64,000 bases of DNA from a candidate division WOR-3 bacterium (lineage in GTDB: Bacteria; Hydrothermota; Tepidihabitantia; Tepidihabitantales; Tepidihabitantaceae), in contig CBFGJT010000004.1 of the NCBI GenBank assembly GCA_965649165.1, forward strand, positions 15,960 to 79,959, in the 5' to 3' direction. Every line of letters begins with the position of its first letter. Position 1 is the stretch's first letter. The notes under the pieces are model-generated. The model worked only from the letters and a program-made list of their open reading frames with translations, made no database searches and was not told the origin of the DNA. Positions 38,188 to 47,496 of this stretch are shown here, in pieces. The translations under genes and the position numbers were made by a program.

Positions 38188-39139
38188 TGATCATCCGGGG
38201 CAGACTATCCAGCACCAGCGTCAGCTCCAGACTCTCGTCTTCAGTATTAAACTGAACTTCAGGGGAAACAAGCTCTGCCCTGCCATTATAATCGGTATCA
38301 CCGGCAGCAAATACCGAATAAATTCCTGCTCGGAGCTTCACCGCGAAAGAACCATCGGCGAGAATCGGTGCCAGTGCCCGCGTCTCCGCCTGGTTAAAAA
38401 ACACCACGCCGGAACGGAGCGGTTGACCGTTATAAACTGCCCGTCCCCGAACCCTGACGCCGGTAAACACCGTTTCCGCAGTCCAGCTTGTCCAGGCGGC
38501 CATCCGGCAGCGGTTGGCCTCAAGATCCGGAATCCCGGGTAAAAGCAGAAAATAAAACTCAGCGCCGGGGAGCGACTCCCGGCAGACCAGTCGGAACTCC
38601 TGCCAGCTGGGCTCCCATGACTTGACAAAAAGGGTTTCCGCAACCCGAGGCACAATCAGATAATTTACCGGTGCGGTAGTATCCACCGGTTCACTGAACC
38701 GGACCGCAATTCGGACCGAGCGAAACATCCCCTTTGATTCGGGTGTCGGCTGTACCGCAACCACCTGCGGCGCAATGGTATCAGTCCGGCTTGAACCTCT
38801 GAACCTAACACGGAACCGACCCGCGTTGCCCACTCCATCCCAGACAACACCCCTGATAAAATAACTTTCTGAACGCTGCGGTTCGGTCCAGACCAGCACG
38901 CTGGACCGCTGTCTGCCAGCAGACACACCTCTGACCTGCAGCCCGGGAATTTCGATGCTTTCCGCCTGAAACCGTACCGGATCAATATCCTCATCGAAAA
39001 CCAGCTCCACCTGCACCCGGCTCCGGGCGTCCACCTCCACCAGCCGGGGCGGAAACCGGTCCGGACTCGGGGGCAGCATCTTCTTGGCGCAGCTTAAGGT
39101 TAAAACAACCAGCAGTACCGAAATCAGAAAAACCCGCAC
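38171..39139 (-). CDS. Hypothetical lipoprotein
   Basis: Signal peptide with lipobox LTLSC; beta-rich and Ig-like; no catalytic motifs. Confidence 0.4.
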   Translation of the reverse strand: MRVFLISVLLVVLTLSCAKKMLPPSPDRFPPRLVEVDARSRVQVELVFDEDIDPVRFQAESIEIPGLQVRGVSAGRQRSSVLVWTEPQRSESYFIRGVVWDGVGNAGRFRVRFRGSSRTDTIAPQVVAVQPTPESKGMFRSVRIAVRFSEPVDTTAPVNYLIVPRVAETLFVKSWEPSWQEFRLVCRESLPGAEFYFLLLPGIPDLEANRCRMAAWTSWTAETVFTGVRVRGRAVYNGQPLRSGVVFFNQAETRALAPILADGSFAVKLRAGIYSVFAAGDTDYNGRAELVSPEVQFNTEDESLELTLVLDSLPRMINGYCR

Positions 39140-39141
39140 TT

Positions 39142-40020
39142 TTACCTCCTCTCCTCCTGACCTTGCTCCACCATGCCTCTTTCTTCATTTTCCTTAACCA
39201 TCTGCCAGAGCCGAGCGGTCAACGCACGGTAGAGCGGTGCAACTTCAGGCAGGTGCTGTTTCAGCATCCGAATATGGGTCCGGATCGTACGCTCATCACC
39301 CCGACGCACCGGTCCAGTCAGACTGGGATAAGCACCTCGAGTAAAAATATTATCCACCGTAAGTTGCGCAAGCGGCTTCAGGATTCGGCGCGTCTCCGCG
39401 GGCGTAAGGTCAATCCACTTTCCGATCTGTTCAACAACATAAAAAAGGGCATTGAGAAAATTTGAGCTGAACACGCACATTACATGATAAAGCGGCCGGT
39501 GCTCGCCCTCAACAATGAACCATTTACCCTGCAGCGCACGCACCAGACTCCGGCCGAAACTTAATCCTTTCCTGCTGCCATCCAGGGCAAAAAAACTGCC
39601 CGGCAGGCTCCGGACCGCCTGCTCATCACTGGCAAAGGTCTGAACCGGATGAAGGGCAAGAGTTTCCAGACCCAGCTCCTGGGCACCGGCAAACAGCTCC
39701 CTGCCGAAGGCACCGGCACAGTGTACCAGAATTGTACCCGGTCTGATTTTACTCCTCACCTGCCGGTAAACCCGGGTAATCCCCCGGTCCGGAACGGTAA
39801 AAAACAACACCTCGCTCAGCTGTGCCACCTCTTGGGGCTTACGGGCCGCTCGGACCTTTAGTCTTCGGGCAACTGAGCACAACCGATGGTTATTAGTGTC
39901 ATAAATACAGCTAATGCGATAACCGGCGCGCCGACAGTAAAACAGAAGTGCGCCCCCGACCCGGCCAACACCGATAAATCCGATCGCTTGCCATTTATGT
40001 TTTGGAATCTTTTGCTCCAT
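39142..40020 (-). CDS. Rossmann-fold NAD(P)-binding protein resembling the DUF2520 / ProC / ketopantoate-reductase families
   Basis: …IGFIGVGRVGGAL… is a GxGxxG dinucleotide-binding motif; 292 aa. Confidence 0.45.
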   Translation of the reverse strand: MEQKIPKHKWQAIGFIGVGRVGGALLFYCRRAGYRISCIYDTNNHRLCSVARRLKVRAARKPQEVAQLSEVLFFTVPDRGITRVYRQVRSKIRPGTILVHCAGAFGRELFAGAQELGLETLALHPVQTFASDEQAVRSLPGSFFALDGSRKGLSFGRSLVRALQGKWFIVEGEHRPLYHVMCVFSSNFLNALFYVVEQIGKWIDLTPAETRRILKPLAQLTVDNIFTRGAYPSLTGPVRRGDERTIRTHIRMLKQHLPEVAPLYRALTARLWQMVKENEERGMVEQGQEERR

Positions 40021-40105
40021 CTTCTTCTGATAATACCGATTTGACTTCCAATTTGCAAGAAAGTATAATTATTATGGTAATGGCTCGGTTGAAAGGAGCT
40101 CCGAA

Positions 40106-41731
40106 ATGAAAAAATATCTATTGTTATCGTGTCTGGTGATGCTGGCTCCGATTTTCTCCGAGGAAGGAGCAAGATATCTGATAATCAGCACTGACGCCCT
40201 CGCCCCAATCGTTCAACCGCTGGCTGAATGGAAGCACTATTCCGGAATGCAGTGCAGGGTGGCAAAGCTGTCGGAAATTGGTGGCGCAGATACGAACGCA
40301 ATTAAAAACTATATCCGCAACGCCTATAACAACTGGCCGGTCCGGCCGGAATATGTTCTACTGGTCGGTTCACCCAGCGCCCTGCCGGCGCGGTTTTACC
40401 GTGTTCAGCAGCAATACGGTTATTATTCCGACAATATTTACGGCGATATCAATGGTGACCTTTACATGGACATTCCGGTCGGAAGATTCCCGGCCAAGTC
40501 TGCCCGGCAGTGCAGTGTCATGGTCTTTAAAACCCTTGCCTACGAAAAAAACCCGGACCTAACCGACAGCCTCTGGATGCGCAGACTTACTACCGTTATC
40601 AGAGAAAACCAGGATTCAGATGATACGATTTACTGGAATGATATCCGCATTGCTGCAACCTTGGCTGGAAACAATAACTTTGTCAGCTGCGACTCACTCT
40701 CCAGGTTGCGTGGTGATGACGCCAATGATGTTGTCAACTCCGTAACCAACGGCACCGCCATGGTACTTTACCGCGGCACTGCAGTGAGTAACTGGTATGA
40801 GCCATTTGTTGTTAACCCGGCATTAACCGGCAATGGCAAAAAACTGCCGATCATCCTTTCTATCACCTGCGAAACTATGACTCTGGCACCGGGTGAATCG
40901 ATGGTCGGTGATGCGTGGATTAAGGCGGGAACACCAACAAGCCTTAAAGGGGCGGTCGCCTTCTTCGGCAACACCCACTCCCTTGCCTCCAGCAACCTCA
41001 CCGTACGCAAACGGAGTGCGGTCGCCCGGGCATTTTTTAAAGCGGTTTTTCAGGAAAATAAACACATCCTCGGCAAGGCGATGATTCGGGCAAAGGACTC
41101 ACTCTACCGTGCATTTGCCGATGTGGCTGAATACCGCGGGTTCAATCTGCTGGGCGATCCGGCACTGGACATCTGGACCGACACCCCAAGACATCCGGAT
41201 GTGGAGCATCCGGCAGAAATTCCGCCCGGACAACAGGAATTCCCGGTTTTTGTTTACCTCAACAGCCAGCCAGTTCCTAACGCCCTGGTCTGCGTCTCAA
41301 TGGACACAACGGTATATGAATATGGCTACACCGATAACTCCGGACTGGTGGTATTCAACATCAACCCGCCCGACACCGGCAGTCTCCGGCTGGTAGTTAC
41401 CGGGCACAACCTTTATCCCTATGACACGCTGATACCGGTCCGACTCACCGCCGTTACCGAAGAGCCTCCGGTCTCCAGAACCGGCAATCTGACCGCCATT
41501 CCGGGCACATTTATCAGCGCTACCCGATTTTTCTGGGTGCCAGCAGAAACACCCGCCGATATCACCATTCACGATGCGAGCGGCAGACCGGTCACCGAAA
41601 TCATTAATGCCCACAGCGGAGTTAACTGGGATGGCACCGACCGGAATGGCAGAAAATGTGCTGCAGGTATCTATATCTGCCGACTCAACAACTCACCCGC
41701 AACCGCAATCAAACTGTTAAAACTGAGATAA
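40106..41731 (+). CDS. C25-family (gingipain-like) cysteine peptidase with a T9SS C-terminal sorting domain
   Basis: Signal peptide MKKYLLLSCLVMLAPIFS. …YVLLVGSPSALP… and …FFGNTH…ILSITCETM… give a His/Cys catalytic arrangement like C25. The C-terminus …RFFWVPAETPADITIHDASGRPV…GIYICRLNN…IKLLKLR is a Por-secretion tail. Confidence 0.55.
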   Translation: MKKYLLLSCLVMLAPIFSEEGARYLIISTDALAPIVQPLAEWKHYSGMQCRVAKLSEIGGADTNAIKNYIRNAYNNWPVRPEYVLLVGSPSALPARFYRVQQQYGYYSDNIYGDINGDLYMDIPVGRFPAKSARQCSVMVFKTLAYEKNPDLTDSLWMRRLTTVIRENQDSDDTIYWNDIRIAATLAGNNNFVSCDSLSRLRGDDANDVVNSVTNGTAMVLYRGTAVSNWYEPFVVNPALTGNGKKLPIILSITCETMTLAPGESMVGDAWIKAGTPTSLKGAVAFFGNTHSLASSNLTVRKRSAVARAFFKAVFQENKHILGKAMIRAKDSLYRAFADVAEYRGFNLLGDPALDIWTDTPRHPDVEHPAEIPPGQQEFPVFVYLNSQPVPNALVCVSMDTTVYEYGYTDNSGLVVFNINPPDTGSLRLVVTGHNLYPYDTLIPVRLTAVTEEPPVSRTGNLTAIPGTFISATRFFWVPAETPADITIHDASGRPVTEIINAHSGVNWDGTDRNGRKCAAGIYICRLNNSPATAIKLLKLR

Positions 41732-41749
41732 AACCGCATTGAATTGTAA

Positions 41750-41777
41750 AGGGGTGTCGTTGGCACCCCTTTTTTCT
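41750..41777 (+). terminator. Rho-independent terminator
   Basis: AGGGGTG-TCGTTGG-CACCCCT followed by TTTTTTC. Confidence 0.65.
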
Positions 41778-41820
41778 TGACCCGATACCGTTTATATCTA
41801 TTCTTAGATAGATATTAATA

Positions 41821-42465
41821 ATGGCTAAAAGAAAACCGCGTCTTGAAGGTCTTATTGAGTTGGGCTCAAAGCTCAGAGAACTGCGCCTTACTGCGGGTAT
41901 TTCGCAGATGAAACTGGCTGAAATCCTCGGGCTCAACCCAACTCATGGGTATAAGTACATTCTCAGGCTGGAAAAGGGCCTTGTGCCCAACCCCACACTC
42001 CGCACGATAACCGGATATCTCCATGCCTGCAATGCCGGCTGGCAGGATATCGCCGATATTATCACAAAAATCAGGCTTGCAGCCGGCGGTCATGAGGAAC
42101 AGCAAAGAGAAAAGCCATTGGCAGCAACACCCCTATCTTCTGAATCTACTCCCCTGCCTGCTAATGCCCAATCCACTCTGCCTTCCACTCCGAAGCCTGC
42201 CCGGGAAAAATTCTGGGGGCTGGTGCATCAGGCCTTTGACCGCGCACGCACTCAGCTGCTCATTTCCAACCCTTCACCTGTTACCTGGCGCACCATATTC
42301 ACCTTCATCCGTTCGGCTTGCCGCCTGATTGCCTACTCCCCGAGAGAATCGCTGCACTCCCGGTTTGAACATCTGATTGAACTCACTGCCCGCCAGGGTG
42401 TGGAGCCAGAGATCCTGCACCGCATGTTGAATATCTGCCTGGAGGTATTTGAACCCGGCAAATGA
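41821..42465 (+). CDS. XRE-family helix-turn-helix transcriptional regulator
   Basis: N-terminal …LGSKLRELRLTAGISQMKLAEILGL… is an HTH_3-type motif; 214 aa. Confidence 0.6.
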   Translation: MAKRKPRLEGLIELGSKLRELRLTAGISQMKLAEILGLNPTHGYKYILRLEKGLVPNPTLRTITGYLHACNAGWQDIADIITKIRLAAGGHEEQQREKPLAATPLSSESTPLPANAQSTLPSTPKPAREKFWGLVHQAFDRARTQLLISNPSPVTWRTIFTFIRSACRLIAYSPRESLHSRFEHLIELTARQGVEPEILHRMLNICLEVFEPGK

Positions 42466-44585
42466 AAATTACATCCCCGTTTCGGGTGCTCATTATAATT
42501 TTTCTGAGCGGAACGAACCTCAACCGGTTGTTTTCCTCAGCAATTGACAATCCGCAAATCAGAATCATTCTTTCCCGCCAGCTTAAATCAAGTGAAACCC
42601 GCATCGTAAGTGAAGCGCAAAACATCTGCAGGCTATTTTCCCACTGGTTCGGACCCCCGCCTGATTCTGTGGGTTTGCTCACAATTACCGATACTCCGGA
42701 AGACTCTTTCAGTTCTGCAGGACGCTTGATTCCGGTTAAATTCTTTCCCATCCCCTTTGCCCGACTCCTGGAACGTGAACTGGCACTGGGGATTGCCCGT
42801 TACTGGTTTACTGCCGAAAGATCATCCGAACCTCTGATAATGTATGGGCTCCCTGCCTATGCCACCGCCCGTTATCTGGAAGCGGTTTATGGAACCTGCA
42901 ACCTGCTCGACATCCCCGGCGCCTCCGTTTTCCTTTCCGGTATATCAGAAAACTACCTCCACCGAATTTATTACTACATTGCCGCCACCAACAACCTCAC
43001 CTTTCCCGTGACCGAGCCCAACTCCGATCCCGGACCGTTTCTTACCGATGCGGTCCTCCGGGCTCAGACCGTCCTGCTTTTAAGGGCACTGGAAAAAAGG
43101 TTGGGCACCGCTCTGGTAGATTCTGCCATCCGCCAGTTCCGTCGGCGTTACTTGAATAATACCGGTTCTGCCGGATTTCCAGTCTTTCTTGCCTGTCTGA
43201 CCGCAGTCGCCGGACCCGAACAGGAGGTTCTGATCAATACGCTCTTCAACCAGGATGGGAAAAACGATCTAAAAATCACTCGCCCGCGCCGCCAGGGTCA
43301 GAATCTGCTTATTGACCTTTCTGTCCGTTATCCGCTGAACCTGCCAGTCCGGATAAAAACCGAATTTACCGACCGGACGGTCCGAATTGACACTGTCCTG
43401 CTGAACCCCTCGGTGACCCTTTCGATTCCCGCTGTAAAAAAAGTCCGCCGGATGATTCTGGATCCGGACACTTCAGTTCTGGAGCCGGACCGGTGGAACA
43501 ACATCTATCCTCGTCAGCTCAGCACCCGTTTCCTCTTCGCCCCGCCTGAGTTTGAATCCTACCAGATTTTTTATGGACCGTGGTTCTGGTATGACAACTA
43601 CCGGGGATTCCAGCCGGGCATCTGGCTCCAGGGCCGAAAATTTATTGACGCCGGTCCGGTGCGGGGCGCGCATAACTGGACCCTGATTCAGAATTATGCC
43701 TCAAAAAAATCGGACTGGCACACCGGCATCAGCTACCAGACACCGCTTTTATTTTATCCGGTTCGGCTCCGGCTCTACCTCGCGGGCGACAACTCCTTTC
43801 GTGATCGGGGTGTCAAGCTCTATTTGACCTCGGAATTAAACAAACCCTTTCGCCTGCCCCGCACTGAAATCCAGGTTGGCTATCGCCTCTATGAACTCCT
43901 GGATACCACCGGCAGAGACCCTCGTGCCTGGAACCGGGCGCGGATTGCCGAAATCAGATCACGGCTCTATCGTGCCTACAAAACTCCGGTGCTTGCGGTT
44001 CAACACGAACTGATCTGCGCTCAGGGTTTAAAACCTTTTCTATCTCAATACACCTACACCCGAGTCAGCCTGGTGGAAAATATTAACATTACCCCGGTAA
44101 ACCTTCTGCCCGTTTCAATCCGCATCTTTGCGGGTGCTATTGCCGGCTCGGTCCCGCTGCAGGAAAGATTCTATCTCTCCGGCGGACTGAGTTACACCCC
44201 AGAAGAACCGGTCTCCTGGGCTTATGAAGGTAGGGCATCCAGTCAGGAGCACTGGCACTATGACGGCGATGCCAACTGCCGCGGTTACTATGGACTTTAC
44301 CGTTCTGGCAGATTTGGGTGGGGTGTGAACATCCACCTGCTCCCCCGGACCGCCTGGCGTTTTCCCATCTGTGTAATCCAGCCCTTTGTGGATTTCGGCA
44401 ATGTCGCCGACACATTCCAGCTGCGGGCGCTAAAACCGGTCTTTGATGCCGGCATCAGACTGAAATTCGGCCCGCTCTATGCTGACTTACCCTTCTGGAA
44501 AAGCGCCCCGGAACCCGGAGAAAACCATCTTGCCTTCCGCTGGTCACTGGGCTTCAAACTGACCGGACCGATTTCCGGTATCTAA
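42462..44585 (+). CDS. Hypothetical large protein (707 aa)
   Basis: No recognisable catalytic motifs. Its start overlaps the regulator's stop. Confidence 0.35.
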   Translation: MKITSPFRVLIIIFLSGTNLNRLFSSAIDNPQIRIILSRQLKSSETRIVSEAQNICRLFSHWFGPPPDSVGLLTITDTPEDSFSSAGRLIPVKFFPIPFARLLERELALGIARYWFTAERSSEPLIMYGLPAYATARYLEAVYGTCNLLDIPGASVFLSGISENYLHRIYYYIAATNNLTFPVTEPNSDPGPFLTDAVLRAQTVLLLRALEKRLGTALVDSAIRQFRRRYLNNTGSAGFPVFLACLTAVAGPEQEVLINTLFNQDGKNDLKITRPRRQGQNLLIDLSVRYPLNLPVRIKTEFTDRTVRIDTVLLNPSVTLSIPAVKKVRRMILDPDTSVLEPDRWNNIYPRQLSTRFLFAPPEFESYQIFYGPWFWYDNYRGFQPGIWLQGRKFIDAGPVRGAHNWTLIQNYASKKSDWHTGISYQTPLLFYPVRLRLYLAGDNSFRDRGVKLYLTSELNKPFRLPRTEIQVGYRLYELLDTTGRDPRAWNRARIAEIRSRLYRAYKTPVLAVQHELICAQGLKPFLSQYTYTRVSLVENINITPVNLLPVSIRIFAGAIAGSVPLQERFYLSGGLSYTPEEPVSWAYEGRASSQEHWHYDGDANCRGYYGLYRSGRFGWGVNIHLLPRTAWRFPICVIQPFVDFGNVADTFQLRALKPVFDAGIRLKFGPLYADLPFWKSAPEPGENHLAFRWSLGFKLTGPISGI

Positions 44586-44648
44586 ATACCCAGCATAACG
44601 ACCCTGAACCGCTTGACAGCATAAAACCGAGGGTTATAATAACAACTG

Positions 44649-45755
44649 ATGTCTGACGAAGAATATTTTGAGTCACTCTTAGCCGAGTGTATTCGTCGCA
44701 ACGCCTCTGACCTTCATTTAACAGTCGGACGTCCGCCAACCCTGCGCATTGACGGGTTACTCCAGCCGATTGAACACTGCCCGGTCCTAACCCCGGACAA
44801 AACCGAAAGTTTCAAGAACATCGCCACCAAGGATTTGCGCCACCTCCGTGCCCAGATTGACAACGGTGGTGGCGGCGACTTCGCCCTAAACTTCAAGAAC
44901 ATGGCGCGCTTCCGGGTTGCGGTCTACAAGCAGAAAGGCTATTTCGGACTGGCCCTGCGACTCATTCCCCGCCGCATCCTCTCCTTTGAGGAACTCTTTG
45001 TCCCGACCCATCTCATCCCCAGGATCAAATCGCTCCTTGACCGGCCCCATGGACTGATTCTCGTTACCGGTCCGACCGGAATGGGCAAAACCACTACCCA
45101 GGCGACCTTTGTTGACTATATCCTGGAAAGCCCGCGCCATGTGCTCACAATTGAAGACCCGATTGAGTTCGTCCACGACCACAAGAAAGGTTTGGTAACC
45201 CAGCGCGAAGTTGGCGTTGATGTATCCAGTTTCCGTGAAGCGATTATGAAAGGGTTGCGTTCCAACCCGAATGTCATTCTCGTTGCCGAGATCCGGGATC
45301 TGGCAACCGCTGAAGCCACCATCTGGGCTGCGGAATCCGGGCACCTGGTGATCGGCACTCTGCACACGACCAATGCCCCGGAAACGGTTACCCGCTTCAT
45401 CGATATCTTCCCGCCGGAAATTCGTGACCAGATCCGGATCCAGTTCTCAATCTCGCTTCTGGCGGTCTTCTCCCAGCGGCTGCTTTTGCGAGCCGAGGGC
45501 AAGGGCAGAATCGGTTGTTACGAAATTATGATCGCCACTCCTGCAGTGCGCAACCTGATCCGCGAACGCAAAATTGAACATCTGTACTCCGCAATTCAGA
45601 CCGGCTCCTCAGAAGGCAGTATGACATTTGATGCCTATCTGGCAGAGCTGTATCGGGCGGGCAAGGTCACCTACGAAACGGCGATCGCCTCCGCATTTGA
45701 TCCGAAGGGCTTCCGCGAACTGGTAGAGTTCGGCAGTAAGGTCCGGCGGCATTAA
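44649..45755 (+). CDS. pilT: Type IV pilus retraction ATPase PilT/PilU
   Basis: …LILVTGPTGMGKTTT… Walker A, then …IEDPIEF… and …NVILVAEIRD…GHLVIGTLHT… His-box, as in the PilT family. Confidence 0.8.
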   Translation: MSDEEYFESLLAECIRRNASDLHLTVGRPPTLRIDGLLQPIEHCPVLTPDKTESFKNIATKDLRHLRAQIDNGGGGDFALNFKNMARFRVAVYKQKGYFGLALRLIPRRILSFEELFVPTHLIPRIKSLLDRPHGLILVTGPTGMGKTTTQATFVDYILESPRHVLTIEDPIEFVHDHKKGLVTQREVGVDVSSFREAIMKGLRSNPNVILVAEIRDLATAEATIWAAESGHLVIGTLHTTNAPETVTRFIDIFPPEIRDQIRIQFSISLLAVFSQRLLLRAEGKGRIGCYEIMIATPAVRNLIRERKIEHLYSAIQTGSSEGSMTFDAYLAELYRAGKVTYETAIASAFDPKGFRELVEFGSKVRRH

Positions 45756-45826
45756 ACGCCGCGGGTTAAGTCAGAGGTTCGGGTTACGCTCAGATTTTAC
45801 TGAAAGATAATTTTTTTCCCGGACTG

Positions 45827-46525
45827 TTAAACTACTGCCCAGCGCTGACGCCGGATAAAAATCACCTGTTCGTCAGGAATCGGTTCCCAGCTGATCCCGG
45901 ACAGATTAATTACCTTTCCGGAACAGATTACTCGGATCAACTCGCCTCTACCCAGCCAGAGCCGCGCAGGATTGTCCTTCCGGCCATCGGTCCGGCAGAC
46001 AAACGCCAAAACATCTGCCGACATTAGACAGAATGCCAGCTCCGGTTCACCGGCGAACTGAGTAAGGAGTCCATTCAAAGATTCCTGCGGCTGCTCCGGA
46101 TTGAACCGGTCAAAAACATAGGCAAACAGCAGCTCACCTGTGGTCAGCCCGCCGGAGGTGCGCTGCCAGCTGCCAAAAAGTGCCTCGGACCGGATAACTC
46201 CGCCAGCATGACAGAACATCCAGTGTCGCCCCTGTTCATAGCGGATATAGGGTGGAGTACGCCCTGCTGGAGTGGACTCCGATAACAGCTCATGCTGATA
46301 CAGAACCGCCATATCAGTCTTCAGTTCCAGCAGCGCCTTGAGCAAACCGGGCTCGCTTTTCCTCCCGGAGGAGCGCACCAGTTCCAGCCGGTTGCCATGA
46401 CAGTAACCCAGCCCCCACTCACCACTAAGCTGCTGGTCCTCAACCAGCCTTGTCCCGTCTCCGAACGCTGCCGCCAGAAGCCATTCCATCTTGAACCTGC
46501 CGGCAACAGCAAAAAATCTGCTCAT
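45827..46525 (-). CDS. Hypothetical protein, possibly a class-II glutamine-amidotransferase-like / Ntn-hydrolase fold
   Basis: 232 aa with weak motif-level resemblance only. Confidence 0.25.
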   Translation of the reverse strand: MSRFFAVAGRFKMEWLLAAAFGDGTRLVEDQQLSGEWGLGYCHGNRLELVRSSGRKSEPGLLKALLELKTDMAVLYQHELLSESTPAGRTPPYIRYEQGRHWMFCHAGGVIRSEALFGSWQRTSGGLTTGELLFAYVFDRFNPEQPQESLNGLLTQFAGEPELAFCLMSADVLAFVCRTDGRKDNPARLWLGRGELIRVICSGKVINLSGISWEPIPDEQVIFIRRQRWAVV

Positions 46526-46531
46526 CCGATG

Positions 46532-46954
46532 CTATCTGATTGCTACCCTGACTCCGAGCCGGTCCGGTCCTAACTCCAGCCGGAGTTCCTGTTCGAACCC
46601 GAACATCTGCGCCGAGACATAAGCGTCTGCCATGGAAAAAACCACTGTGGCTGCGGTCCACCAGAGGAAGGTTGTGCGCCGGTCTCGGTAATAACGGTAT
46701 TTGGCGGTATCTGCCTCTGCCCGCGCCTGCTCCGCCCGAAGATGCTCCTGATAGCTGAGATAACCGAGCCCCAGCTCTGTGGGCGCAATCACCGCTGCCT
46801 TCCAGTAACGGCTGGTATACAGCTGACCGCCACCGGGAAAAAGCAGCGAGAAAAGCACCGCTCTGCCGGGAGATTTTACTGGCAACTTCTTCACGGCGGA
46901 ATCACCTCCGGCCGGATTAACCATCAGGGCGACAAGCAGCAGAAAAGTGCCCAT
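46532..46954 (-). CDS. DUF5683-like small membrane protein
   Basis: …PGGGQLYTSRYWKA… resembles DUF5683 proteins common in T9SS-bearing lineages. Confidence 0.4.
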   Translation of the reverse strand: MGTFLLLVALMVNPAGGDSAVKKLPVKSPGRAVLFSLLFPGGGQLYTSRYWKAAVIAPTELGLGYLSYQEHLRAEQARAEADTAKYRYYRDRRTTFLWWTAATVVFSMADAYVSAQMFGFEQELRLELGPDRLGVRVAIR

Positions 46955-47496
46955 TATCGGGGCCGGACCGCAATCTGAATCCGGCGGTTCAGCAGCGCCA
47001 CCTCGGTTTCGCGCCGCTGGGGCGCACGGGTATCACCCAACGCCACAACCCGGACCTTCTCTGCCGATACCCCCAGACTGACAAGCCTGCGGGCGACCGC
47101 AGCACCTGCCAGTGCTGAATACTCCCAAGGATTCTGCCAAGCGCCTTTCGGTACCTGGCGGTCGCAGCTCGCAATCACCTCCACCACCGGACCGGAGCTC
47201 AGCTGGGGCAGAATTGTACGCAGGATGTTTTCACCGGCAGTCGAAAGCCGCAGACTTTCCGGTGTTACAAACAGCTCGTCAAACCGGTAACTCACACAAA
47301 AAAGCGTATCCTGATTCTTAAACAGTTTCAGACTGTCCGCCAGCTCATCCACCCGTGCGGTCCACATTCCGACTTCTCTTTCCAGTCTGAACGCCCGGGA
47401 AGCAAGTGGCAGATAGGAAAAATTATAAAACACCAGCCCGGCACCAACCGCCAGGAGAAAAAGTATCCAGCCGGAACTGCTTATAAACCCCTTCAT
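46954..47496 (-). CDS. OmpA/MotB-family peptidoglycan-associated domain protein
   Basis: N-terminal TM helix. The C-terminal OmpA_C-like region is …VVEVIASCD…ALAGAAVARRLVSLGV…VVALGDTRAP…. Confidence 0.55.
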   Translation of the reverse strand: MKGFISSSGWILFLLAVGAGLVFYNFSYLPLASRAFRLEREVGMWTARVDELADSLKLFKNQDTLFCVSYRFDELFVTPESLRLSTAGENILRTILPQLSSGPVVEVIASCDRQVPKGAWQNPWEYSALAGAAVARRLVSLGVSAEKVRVVALGDTRAPQRRETEVALLNRRIQIAVRPR

